Positions 24,401-37,400 are shown, counted from the stretch's first letter. The stretch is DNA of 58,088 bases from Klebsormidium nitens (GCA_000708835.1 DF237519.1:1-58088); one strand, 5' to 3'. The notes: generated by a model from the letters alone, not told the origin. Made by a program: numbers and translations.

Positions 24401-27400
24401 CTCATGTTTTCTGCTCTCCATGTTGTTTCTCGATTTCTGCGTACGTTTCTGATCTCACATTGACCAGAGAGGGAGCGGCTCGAGAACGACATCAACTCTA
24501 CGCACGTCTTCTCTTAAGGAAGATGATTCAATTGATATTTTATTCCGGAGGCTGTTTGAAAAGGACATCAACGAAAAAGATTTCAAATCTCACAATAAAA
24601 GGCGTCCTTGCAATCGTTTCCTGGGTATCGTTCACAAAGCCGGTCCCCGAGTCTTAGAGCAACTTGCAAAAGGAGCTTGACTTCCTCGGGAGGGCAAGAA
24701 CCCTGGAATTCCAACATCGTATATCTAGATTCTCTCCACTGCAGTTCTTTCCTGGGTGTACCAATATCCGTGCCTGGACCCGAGCGCCCTAGCAACTTGC
24801 AGAAGTAGCTCGAATCCACGAAGAGGGCAAGATTCCTGGAATTTTACAAGTTCCTACGACCTTCAAATGTATCTTCCTCGCTGCAGTTGTTTCCTGAGTA
24901 TCAGTTTACGTGGCTTGTACCCGAGTTCCAGAGCAACTTGCAAAAGGAGCTCGACTTTCACGAAGAGGGCAAGAACGCGGAGCGGGCAGCGGCCAACTTT
25001 GCGCACCGAAAGGACCTCAAAATTCCGGAAGTGCTGTGGGATCACACTACTAAGCGCGTGCTTACGATGGAGTTTGTGCACGGCTGCAAGGTGAGGGGTT
25101 TGCTTGCTGTTGAGCATGTATAGTCAGGGGTTGAACAGGCTTTCTTGGATCTAGGAACGAGGGTTGAGCTGGGTGGATGTGTGAATTCTGCCTTTGATCG
25201 CGACGTCGACATGTCGTAAGACCTCACCGTCAAGCGGGTGCTACAAATGAAGTTGTACACAACTGCAAGGTGAGGGGTTTTACGTGTTCCGTTTGAAGGT
25301 CTGAAATAAACCTCGTAAGGATCACGATCCCATTGCAAAAACAGTCAATAGGGTGTTCAGGTCCCCAACGAAGGGGTCAGGGGTTCTGACGTTCGAGTTT
25401 AGCACTTGCTGCAACTTCGACCTCTCAAAATTACTCTTTTGAACACCAAGCGCATGCTGACTGTCACCTTGGTTGCAAGATGACAGTGAGGGGTTTGAGG
25501 TTGTAGGTGAATTTTATTATCAACAAGCGTGTCTCTGCTTGCAAGTCTCGCCCTTGCCTCTGCTATCAGTTCCTTCCTCATGGATGCGTATTGGAACACC
25601 GAAAGCCCTTTGTAGCCCGACGATAAGGTCCGCCCTGTGGGATAAGGAAATGGGGACTGGGCAATTGCATCTTTCTTGTTGCGAAGCGTTTTAGCCCGCA
25701 AAATTGCACGACCATGCAGCAAACCCTGAGTAGCAAAGGGAGTGCTGCAGAACCCTCACGCGATAGACCACGCTTCTGTGGAATGCCAGCGGAATGTCTG
25801 CGTTTGCGCAGCGGAACCTAGGATCACGATCTTTGGTTGACTCCAAGTGGAGAATCCTTAGCTAATTGACAACAACCAACTTCGTGTTTGCATTCCTCCA
25901 AGTACCAGAGCTTTGAAGCGTAATTGTTCTCCTTCCTCGTCCATTTTCCCCCACTCCCTAGTTGCTAAAAGGTGACGGCCCATTGCGCCTCTGCAGATAA
26001 GCGATCGCGCAGCCATCGAGCGGTTGGGCTTGAACGCGCAAGCGGTGTCGAGCCTCCTCGTCGAGATCTTTGCCGAGATGGTGTTCTGCCATGCATGGGT
26101 GCATGCGGACCCCCACCCCGGCAACATCCTCGTCCGGCAAGTGGGGACGGCTAAGAAGCCCCGGGCAGAAATAGGTGAGTGGAGAACTTTTGATCGTTTG
26201 CAAGAATTCTTCTTGCTCTTTGATGTAAGATCCTCCGGCTATCAGACACTTGTTGGACGCCCTCCCGACGCTGTCTTCCTCTGCTCGCATTCTATTCGAC
26301 CATGATCTATGATTTTTACCGAACCAGCGCTTGTCTCGTCGCCCATTTCAAAGTTGTAGGAACATTCCGGACGCTCTTGGAACCCGTAGTTCGCTTGCCT
26401 GGACGCTTTTTTCGGACGCTCGCTTCTTGAGTCGGCAGTATTGTTGGACCACGGGCTGTACTGTTGCTTCGACGAGCGCCTTGTTTCGTCGCACGTTAGA
26501 TGTTGGAGAAACATTTGTGACGCCTGTTGTACACTTGCTTACCCTTTTGCGTGTCTCCGGACGCTTTTCGGACGCCCCTTTTTTCATCCGTTTGGTCATT
26601 GGTACCTCGGACTGCACCGTCCGATCGACGAGCGCTTATCACTTCACATGTCCGAATCCATACCCATTCCGGACGCTCTCTAGGACACTTTCCCACCTTT
26701 TCCTGCTGTTGGAATGCTTTTCGGACGCTTTTCGGACGCTTTGTATCTGCATCCGCAGTCTTGTTGGACCACGGATTGTACCGTGAAAGCGAGCCGTTTC
26801 CTTGTTCACACACGAACCCTTGGGAACAGTTACGGACGCACCTCGGACATTTCGCCACCTTATTTGCCCTTCTTCGGACGCTTTCCGGACGCTCTCTTCC
26901 TTCTTCCGCAGTGTTGCTGGACCACGGACTGTACCGTCAAATCGACGAGCGATTCCGCGCGGACTTCTGCCAGCTGTGGCGCGCCCTGGTGCTACAAGAC
27001 CGGGCGAAGATGAAAATCTATGGGGACCGGCTGGGGGCCGGCGACTACTACAAATACTTCCCGGTGATATTCACCGGGCGCTCGTTCAGCAGGTGAGGCT
27101 GCTTTACATTATTCTGTATTCATTGGGATATGTTTCCGGGCGCTCTTTGGTTGATTATATCGAAGCTCTTTGGTTGCTCGTAGTACTGCCCGGTGATATT
27201 CACCGGGCGCTCGCTGAGCAGGTGAGGCTGACTTACCTAGACGGTTGGTTAGAGGTCGGGGAATCATACTGGGCACCCTTTTGGCGTAAAAAGACGGAGT
27301 TCTTTGGTTGCGGTGATATTCACCGGGCGCTCGGTGAGCACGTGAGGGGGATGCGAACGACTGGTTAGCATTGGAATTGAATATGGTTGATGAGGAGAAT

Positions 27401-29842
27401 CTTTTGTTGGCGAAGGTAGTCGCGTGCACAGACTGTGCCGTCTTTCGAGCAGTAAGAATGACTTTCAGTGGGTGTGAAGGGGGAAGGACCATGCAGCACG
27501 GTCAAGTTTGGGTGTCGATCGAGATCCCCTTGCGACACTCTATCTATTCACTTGGGGTTGGATGCCTAGGCTGACCTTGATTGGGAATCTAATTGAGCAC
27601 ACCTTCGGCGATTACCGTAGTAATACTCTCTGGTTTCATTTAACGGTTGCAGGGCAGCCGGTATTGATTGGTTATGTTGGTCTCTGCTGGAGGCATCGGT
27701 TCAACCGTAATTTCTAGAGGGTCAAAATGGAATTGAATAAACGGTGGTCGGAGACCCTTACAATGACTATAAAACCCTAAGCTTCTAAAACCCTGTCTCT
27801 TCAACATGAAAGAGTAGTACTTGAACAGTCTTCGAGATGTTAAATTGCTTTGCAGCAAGTCGAAGTTGGGCGAGGGCATGAGCGACGCCGAGCGTGCGGC
27901 GCTGCGTGAGGAGGTGCGCGCGTTCACGATGGGCGACCTGAGCGCGTTCATGGAGCGGCTGCCACGTGACATGCTCACGGTGCTCCGGACAGAGTACGTA
28001 CGAAACATCGTTTCCTCGGACAAATCGGACGAAGAACATCTACTTTGTGGGAGAAACAGGCTTGTTTTGGAAGATAGTGTGATGCATGCTGCCACGTGGC
28101 ATGCTTACCGTGCTCCGGACAGAGTCCGTACGAAACCGCCGCTTTCTGGCCGTTTGCCGTCCCCAATTCTGGGGCAAAAACAGATCTTCAGTGAAGATGC
28201 TGTGCGGTGCGTTTCGTGTCAAACCATAATGTGAAGGGTCTATCCCTCTGTCAACTCTGCTCGACCTCACCTTGACGTCGTTGCTGACGTGGCACCTCTC
28301 CGCAGCGGTTTGGTTCGGTCGATCGGTCGGGCGTTGGGAGGAGACGTGCGCGAGCGGTTGCTGATCAACATCAAGTACGCCATTCTGGGGGCCAATTTGT
28401 CGCGGGGGGGCAATCCAGGTGAGCGATTCAATGTGTTTGTTTTTTCTCTGTCTCTCTCTCTCACTCTCTTCTCTCTTTTCTCTTTATTTTCGAGCTTATT
28501 TCCCCCTGGCCAGCGGATCGTCATAAGCTAGTATCGTCGACTTCCAATCTCGGATAAATGCAAGCCCATCGGTCACAGGAGGGGTGCTCGAACGAAGCAC
28601 TCTCGACCGGTCTATTGCTGCTTAGAAGTGAGGAACTGTAGGATCCATTTACAGCCACATGTTGAACAGGGACGTCTCACTTCCGGCTTGTATTGTAAGT
28701 CGTGTAAGGGTTTGGCTTGGCAAGGTACGCTTTGGGGACGGAGCACAAACGCTTTGTAATGCGACGCTGTGTTCCCCTTGAAAGACTCGGCCTCGGTCAG
28801 TGGCGTACCCAAACCAATCCTTTGTTATACAGGTTTTCGGGGCGCTGTAACGTGCAAATACGAACGAAAACTGTGTCGAGGACAATTCCTTTTTTAGCAG
28901 AAGATCCAAGCAAGAGCTCAAATATTGCTCTACTCTGTCCCCCTAATCTGTAAGGAGTTCATAAGGTCCAAATCAAAAGAGGAAGGTTCTTTGGACAATC
29001 CTCCTGCAAAGAAGGTTGGATCACTTACTTAGGTAGGGTTCCTCCAACCTAGAGAACGGTTTCGCGAAGCTTCATCTTCCAGGAAGTCAGTGACGTGTCT
29101 ATGCGACAGCGACGTATTCTGACGTCAGCAATCCGTTTCCGCGCGTGCAGACGCTCAGATCCGGTCATGGACGTCGTCAATTCGCGTAAAGTACGAGTAC
29201 GCCCAAGTTCGGCTACGGATAGGTGAGGCCTTTGCCTTTTCTTGCTTGAGCAGACTGCATGATTTCGGAGAAGTCTCCCGAACCACCTCTTTCGGTCCCC
29301 CTTTCAGTGATATAAACAACATGAGAGGCCTTATTTCTATGGAGTTTGCAAGCCACGCTACAAAACGGCGTCCTCCGGATCCATCTCAGACTTCGTTTGT
29401 GCATTCGTGGCTCTGCGGAGCAGGTTGTTAAGAACGCGTCTCCCGTTTCCCCTTCTCTCTGCCCGTTACTTTTTGCTCCGTCTTCACGCAAGCGTCAGGT
29501 AGAACTGCATTGGTTCCCCTTGGCTGCGGTTCATGCTCTCAGCGGGCCACTAGCTGAAAGATTGTTACTTGTCGCTCCTTTCTGTACGTTAAGACAACAT
29601 CACCGGCGCCAAAGTTAGCACCAGAGCAAAGTATCGACCGGCTAGACGTGACGTCAGCAAACAGCGGGTGAGATTGACATAGTGCTCATCCAGCCAAGCT
29701 GCAAGAGGCTCATACATTTTGTTTCCCGGTTGCAGCTCTCGTGGAGTGGGTATTGCGCGTCCGAACCATATGGAGCGCTTTCATGTCAAACTTCGAGAAG
29801 ACCGTCAATACAAATATGCAAGCTGCTAGAATAGAGATCTGA
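21500..29842 (+). CDS. ABC1 (aarF/UbiB) atypical kinase, ADCK5/ABC1K14-like, 11 exons, ~569 aa
   Basis: join(21500..21652,22588..22764,23129..23340,23917..24091,24887..25090,25997..26174,26912..27092,27856..27993,28306..28418,29151..29222,29736..29842) = 1710 nt with consistent phases. Motifs: [60 protein letters not shown]. The Arg-rich N-terminus looks like a mitochondrial targeting peptide (inference). Confidence 0.93.
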
Positions 29843-31483
29843 GCCCAGGTAAGGTTGCACGCGATTAATCATGGCCCACTGACAATGAGTTAGGTCAATT
29901 GTAGGTCCGATTTCACCGCAAAGGTAATCCTTCATAGTTATTCTACAGGTGCAGCTAGTTGGATATTGTGCAAGCGCAAGATGCTTGAAAGATTACAATT
30001 GACAGAGCAAGAGTTTGACGTAAGTTCGACACTATCATAGACTTGACATCATTCGAACAGGACAGAAGGCTTTCGCCCTGTACGAGATTCAAGCAGTACC
30101 TCAGCGTCAGTTTCGGCATTAAGTCCGAACCCATGGAATTTTGTACAACTGCTTAATTTGCTCATATCATGGTTGCCATATTATCTTCCACGTAATACGC
30201 GCAGCCTGCAATTGGGCTTATAGAGCTCGCTGCACAAATGCCCGTTTTTTAAGTGCAGAGATCTGACTTGCTAGCTGGCACATTGCAGTGCATTGGAATT
30301 ACCGCATGTGTTTGCATGCTGATCGGATCCTGTGCAGCTAGGCATGTATATGTGACTGGGAATGCATGCTTATCACCCGATCGATCCAAGTCAGATCGTA
30401 CGTACGTCTGTTTTCCAGCTAGATCGATTTGGTGCCGCCATCTACGAGTTTGGTTGCTAAATTTCCATTTACATGTTAACTCAAGGCCTTTTGCGCTTGT
30501 CAAATGACGCAAAGATTAAGCATTAACATGATTGAGAGAGGAAAAAAAAAACGCAAAGTGTGACAGCAGAATGGGATGTACGTACTTGCAATTGAGCGGC
30601 CAGTACCCGCAACATTAGCATATGCGCAGATTTGCATAGCCAATCCAGTGATGCTACAAATGCTCGATACCTACAACCATGAATCCATAAACCAGGTTCG
30701 ACAATGACATGCATGCCATGTGCTCTCCAATGGTCGGACTTGTGTAGAGCTACTAGCCATTGTAACTTAAACTACATGAAAAACCTGATCGAAACCTGTG
30801 AAATCTTCTGACGAACCTTTGGGATGAAGAGATTGCAGGCTGATTCCACTCTGTGACAAACTCGCTCACTGATCCAGCCCGCTAAAAAATGACTATGAGC
30901 GATCAAAGCATCTACAGATGTGAATGCAGAACGGCCGCATGGACATAAGAATCCAGAGATGTTGTGAGGGAAAAAGGAGAACAGCAGAGGAAGAATGAAG
31001 AGAGTATATTTACTTCGTTACAAACACCGTCCTTCAGAGTTTTGGAACCCTGCAAACACACACGAAGGAGTGGTTGAAGACTTCGCAAATGTGTCGTTTA
31101 AGACTTGCGAACTGATTTAAATGCTCACACGATGTTATGATTTCCAGTGCTCACACGATGTTGCGGAACAGGTAAGTGTGGAACTGGGTGATCAGCTCAT
31201 CCAAACACACGCTCAAGAACGTTCTCTCCTTCAGTCTTAAGCTTTGCACCATGCCCACATGGCATCTGGCCATGCTTTGACGAAAACCAAATTTTTCAAA
31301 AGCCATTGCGGCAGGTTTGACAAAGTAGTATGAGATGACTTCAGCAGATGTGAACAGCATGCTCATACAAACTGCGATTGTTGACCAAAGATTTGAGATC
31401 GTTAACGCTGACCATCTGCTCCCTAAGTTGCCAGATAAGGATTCAGCGTGCAACTGCCATCAGCGCTTACCATCATTTGCAAC

Positions 31484-33349
31484 TTAGGTCTCAATCTGCT
31501 CCCTGAGTCGCCGGATGGTACTCCGTACTGTGACCGCACTAGCCGTGTTCAAAGTGTATGCGCCCCCTGCCTTGGTCTTCCCGCTCTTGTTGCAGTGCCA
31601 GATGCCAACAGCTACCCGCTTGAACGAGAACTGCACGCGGAACAGGGCGGCCAACTCGTCAGCAATAGGTTCTATCTTTCCCTAGAATCAAATCGAGATA
31701 GCGTCTGCATCAGCTACCGGCCTAATCACCCCTAGCCAATCCCCCAGACTCTAACAGTCCTTACAATCCTTTTCTGCACTTGACTGCATTCCACTGGCAT
31801 CTGGCCCCTAAAGTATCTGGGCGGCCCCAGCACCATCTCAGATACTAGTTACTCTCAATTGACTTGACGAGCGTGTAACCAGCACTTCAGCTACCCGGGT
31901 ACTTTGGTAAAACCCTGACCCGGAGATGCACAAGCTCGCACCCAGACCCACACTAGCCGCCCAACTAACCGCATCCGTCTCCCATCTCAAGTCGCCTGCT
32001 TCTTTGGTCATGTGAGTTAACCAGAGTCATCGACACATGATAAGCCTGTAGAACCACCTGACTTCTCAAGCTGACGTCCACTTTCAGCCACCGTACAAAA
32101 AGAACTCAGCCCACAAGCGCACCGATGCTCATGCAAACCCGTGAATGTGCCCGCCATAAAGGAGCAATGCCTTACCGTTCCGCTGAACTCGCTGAAGTAT
32201 TTGGAGTGCTGACTGATCTCCATCTTCTTAATCTGCTTTCGCAGACTGGCACCATACCTGGTGCCTGTTACATCGAGCAAGCGGCTTGTCACCAACTAGA
32301 CGCGTGATGCAAAACTACTAGGGAGTACTGACAAGTGGCTGACCGCTATTCGCAATGATAGTACATCACCGTTTTCCATCTCTTGCTTTCAAAGCCTCAT
32401 TGAGAAAGTAACTTCGGGCTGATTGCAATGCTTTCAGCGAGGCTGCTATATCCAAACCCCTAATTGCAAGCGGGTGGAAAGTGGACAGCCTGCCACAGTG
32501 ATTGCGCCCGTACTTTGCAACGCTGACCCGCAGGAACTTAGCAGGATCCTCACAACTTGACATCCCTGCGACTATGTTGTATTCTGCTTAAGAAGACCAT
32601 TACCATCTTTTCGTCGTGATGTCCTTGACATGCCCCACAGTATACCGTACACAGTGGAACTCTGACTTTTCCCACTAAACTGAAGCGGCTTAAGCAACTG
32701 ACTACAATTGTCATTTCCAGTGCCAATGATCAACAAGATGTGCCAAAGCAGCTTAAGCTGCCAGCCCATAAGGCGCCAACCGAGCTGCTGTTGTGCCCCT
32801 TAATATGCATGGATGGGCAAAACTCCTTCGTTAAGCAGAAAAGAGTCGGTCAAGATACAGGCAAATCTTCTATCCAAAGTAACAACTGAAGAGCTGACAT
32901 CAGCTTATACCAAATGGTAATGGTATCTAGCCCTGAGAAAAGTCAAAACAACTCACCATACTTGCCGACGATGCCGGCCTTCTTGGTGCGCTTCGTCTGC
33001 AAAAGGAACGAGCAAAATCCCTTCAGTGCCTTCGAACCAGGGCTGCTTGCAGCACTTTGACTTGTACTGTGGTTGCCTACAGCACAAAAACGTGCAGATT
33101 TGCGCGGCTCAACAATTTCAAAGTAGAAGGTGATAGGCGGATGTAGGTATTCAGAGATGAAAGCAAAACACAATCTAAAAGGTGCCCCCGCTAAACCCCC
33201 TCCGCTGAACGCGTGTCGTCATCAAAGGTGACCGCCACCAAACCGGCGGGACATCCAATGTACCCAGACGAAAGTGACCATCTGCACACACAAAAGAAGA
33301 CGAGCCTCAAGGTGAGGAAGGAAGACGACAGAGCATTTGACCTCACCAT
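31484..33349 (-). CDS. RPL37a: 60S ribosomal protein eL43 (L37a), 92 aa, with three zinc-ribbon Cys replaced by Ser
   Basis: complement(join(31484..31630,32176..32264,32957..32996,33347..33349)) = 279 nt. Translation [92 protein letters not shown]. The first coding exon is ATG only. Confidence 0.96.
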
Positions 33350-34471
33350 GGCGGCCGACTCCTTGTCTGCTCTTGTACACGACGTTGAAAGAGGGAGAGC
33401 TCGGCGCCGAAGGTTGAGCTTTCAGCAGACCCGCGATCCAAGCTTATGATTGATTCGAAAGTACCCAGAGGTTGGGCAGGGGCATCAGGATGCTCGGGAG
33501 GTTTAGTTGACACTTTATTGATCGACCGGGACCAATGACCGGATTCTACGGCATTTGGTCTCAATCTGGGTACACATGCACGTATCGAGCGTAAGTACTA
33601 AGAAAGATTGGCGTCTTCAACTTTAAAGTTCTGGCCTGGGCTGCTGATGTCATCAGGGTGCGCCCCTGCTCGCGGGTTTCATGCGAGCTTCTGCAAGTCA
33701 AGCAGCCGGTGCAGTAGGTGGATAAGTTACCCAGTACGGTATGCATACTGTACACGAAGTACCACCGGTCACAGGGCACAGGCTGACACCTAGAGACACA
33801 CTACCTTGAGTCTTGAAACCGCGTACAGCACCGTTCAGTACTGATACAGGTGAATGGTGAAAATTACATAAGATGCAGCACGAGTACTGCAGCAGAGCTG
33901 CAAAGCTCTCTAAAACAGTAGCGTTCCTTCTCCGCCAGGTCTAGGGTCGGGTCAAAGGGGTTTCGATTTCTTGGATCCGCCCGCGTTCATCTTCATCTTT
34001 GGAAGCTGGAGGACGCAGATTGTTACGAGTAGCGCGGCGAGCTCTCAGTGCTGATTCAAGTGGATTTGTGGATTCCACGTTAAATCTGGTCCACAAATGA
34101 GAAGAGTCTGATGGTGGTTTCTTTGAGCCTGCATATCTCTATTTGACTTTCATAACTTGAAGCCTGACAGTGTTCTTACGCCTTTCGAAGGGGCCTGCAT
34201 TAGGGTTCCAAAGCTGCAGAGAATCTCCAAATCGGGCTTCCCAGACTTCTAGACCTGCTGATCAGCAAGCTCTTGCAAATGTGCACAGCTTTCATATCAT
34301 CTTTTTGCAGAAGTCGTGCTGCTAAGGGTCGTGCTGTCAAGGGTGTCGCTTTTCTCAGCCTAAGTTCGGTAGTTTCTGCGATTCAAAGCTTTGACAAGAA
34401 AGAAGCCGAAAAAGGCGCCTTTCAGGCTCCAACATCTGTAGCTCTGTAACCGGGGGAAGCAAAAAGCAACC

Positions 34472-37400
34472 ATGTATTCTTCTCAGCATCGAGGGTCCCC
34501 AGAGCGTGGTAAGCCACTAGCCAGCACTAGGGTTTTCTTCTTTCAAGAGTTTCCAAGCACTGATTCGTTTCAGGATCCAGCTTCTGCTGAGTTTCTAAGG
34601 AGACCTTGCAAAGGGTTCACCTGGAGATCTCTAGGCGCCAGATTCCATTGCAGCACATGCTAAAACATTGATGGAACTGAGATGGAAACTTAAATCTCGA
34701 AACTCCAGTCTGAGGAGGGGTTCATACGGCCTGAAAAGGGCAACGCGATCTGACTTTGTGCATGCATCATAACCTTCAGTAAACTGCCGACCTTCACGGA
34801 TTGGCTGCCTTTCGTTGGAAGAATCACAGCCAGCAACAAAGGCATTGACTCTAGCGAACAGGGGCGATTTAGATGTAGCGTGCCCATGGGATAGCATCCT
34901 TGCTTGGTGTGTCCTTCTCTTGCTCGTTGCTAATTCTAGCATCAGCAATAGAGCAGAGAATGTCTCATAACCGATCTGGTGTTTGTGTTGACAAAGTCAG
35001 CAATGCTGTACTGGCCTCCAATCACTGACGCGATCTTGAAACGTTCCCAAGGATGAGTGGCTCAAAAGCTGGGCTCAAGGTTATGAGTAGGCCGAATCAA
35101 TGGCCCCCTGTAGTCGCTTATTTCGATGGTCGAAGCAGCCTGATCTCTGCACCAGTTTGACCTTTTTGTCTCAGGCAAGGTGTCTTTCCAATCAATTGTG
35201 GTCGTGACTCTAATCCAACCATAGCTTACGGCTGCACCCCTGCTTATACAGTGCTCAAGCCGGAGATCAAGCGCCAGGTGGCAGGCTACGTATCCACGGC
35301 GCCCATCTCTCCTACCGGGGGGCACCATCATTATGACTACGCATCCCCCCCCGGCTCTGCTGCCCAGAAGCTGGGCCACGTGGCTGAGCGCTTCTCCTCG
35401 TTTTACAACGACTTGGAGAGCGAGAAGCAGCACAGGTGAGAAAGAGACTCTTCAGCGCTTTCCTTTGGTTTCATCCGGTTGTCCCAGCGTTGAGGGTCAG
35501 GGAAAACGTACCCGCAGATGTTCAAAGCACATACTGCTTGCTTATGCAGTCGGACGCCTTACATTATGGGCCAAAGACATGGACGGCCCAGCAACCAGAA
35601 CTACTACGTTGCGCTTGTCAACAAAGCTGTGAGGAGTTGAAGTCTCATCTAGTCGAGAAAGACAGACGCCCTGCGGCGGGCATTGCCTAGTGTCTGAAAG
35701 GGAGAGAAGAACGATGAAGAGGACCTGTTCGTGCAAAGGCTCAGGAGAGGAAGTTGCACCGCTTTCCCGTTTCTCAAGAGACGATACTGAAAGAAAACCG
35801 GGTCGTCCCGACCTGCTCCGGAGCGCCGTCTTCTTGAAGAAGCAAATTTTTGGCAGTTCCAGAAGACACCATTTCCCTTCAGTGTCGTCTTTCGGCGCTT
35901 CAATTGTGACTACTTGAAGTCCGAACGACTGCAGGAATGAGACGGTTGCTCAGTTCCTGCAGTTCTATGAAGTAACAGCAGCCGGAGCGCAAGCGCAATT
36001 TGAGCTGGCTTCGGCATCGGCTTCACCAGCGTTTTTGCCAGCAATACAGAAAGATGTAACACATTTTTGGGCTACCCTTTCGACCTTCGCTTAATATCAG
36101 TTGCAGGCAAGCGGGACGGTCACCGGTGCGCAGCGCTGACGGATGCGGTGCAAAAGGTGGGGCGGAGTCTGGGAGGGGGCGTAATCCTTACACTCCGTTT
36201 GCAACCCCATTTGAACGTCGCACACCTTTAGCTTTATCTATTACCAGAGGACGTTCAGCTTGCAGACGCAAGACTTATGCCCAATGGCGTGCGGCAAAGG
36301 GGACTTCATGGCGAAGCTAAATCGCCAAACGGTTTGAAACAAAGCCTACCAATAAACCTACTAACATGTCAAGAAAAAGTAACCTATCTCAACTCACAAG
36401 ACCGTTCTTTTTCGCAGACGTGAGACCGACGCCCAGCGGCGCGCGGCGCTGACGGAGGCGGTGCAGAAGCTGGAGCGCGGTTTGGAAGCGATAATCGGCC
36501 TCGTTGAACCTTTCGCGAAACACATTCCAACAAGCAAATCTCCCTCTCATCTTCTAGAAGCTAATTACATACTTTTCCGCAGGCGCGAAACTGACGCCCA
36601 GCGACGCGCGGCCCTGACGGAGGCGGTCCAGAAGCTGGAGCGCAGTTTGGACGCGGAGATCAAGCGGCGCGCGGAGGCGGACAAGGGCCTCCAAGCGAGC
36701 CTCGAGGCGGAGATCAAGGCCGTGCACGAGAAGCTGGCGGGGCAAATTCGCGAACAAAACCTGCAGCTCAAGGTGGGGTCAGCGTTCGATTTCGGAACTA
36801 CAACCTGACCACTTCTTTTCACTCGGTCGAAACCATGGTGCAAGAGAAGCGGCGGGCGGGGCAGCTCCGCGAGCAGAACCTGCAGCTTAGATCGAGTTCC
36901 ACGCTTGTCTTCGATATTTGTTTGTTTGTTTGATTTTTCTTCTTCCGCTCTTTTTCGGTTTCGAAAAGACCCATGGCTCTCGAGTTCTTCCCGTGGGAAG
37001 TTGTCTGATTTCATCCTTGTAAGAGGACTGTTGGTCTTTTTCTGTGAAATAATCTCTGACTCAAACCTGGTGCAAGAAGGAAGCTGGTGGGCAGATCCGC
37101 AAACAGATCCGCGAACAAAAGGCAACGCCAGTCTACAATAATACATCTGGGTTGATGTTCTTTTTGCTATCTCGTTCTTTTGCTATCTCGTTTGAGGACT
37201 TGATGCGGGAAAGGAGCCTGCAACTGAAGATAGATAAGATGTCCGTCTTGGATCTGACTTTTTCAATACTGCATCCACTCAGTCTGCTAAACCCTCCGAA
37301 CCCTTGCGCGGGGGAGTATCCACACACTGCACGAGGAGCTGCACGAGGAGAAAGAGCAGCGGCGCACGAAGCTGAATTCTTATTTGGAACCTTGAAGCTG

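Noticed and set aside
23560-28135. Echo copies as mutually exclusive alternative exons
   Set aside because: Each copy has only one junction (acceptor or donor) and part of the exon, and many contain stops or indels.
31583-32193. RNA editing restoring Cys in eL43
   Set aside because: It would need A-to-U changes (AGC to UGC), which is not a known nuclear editing type.
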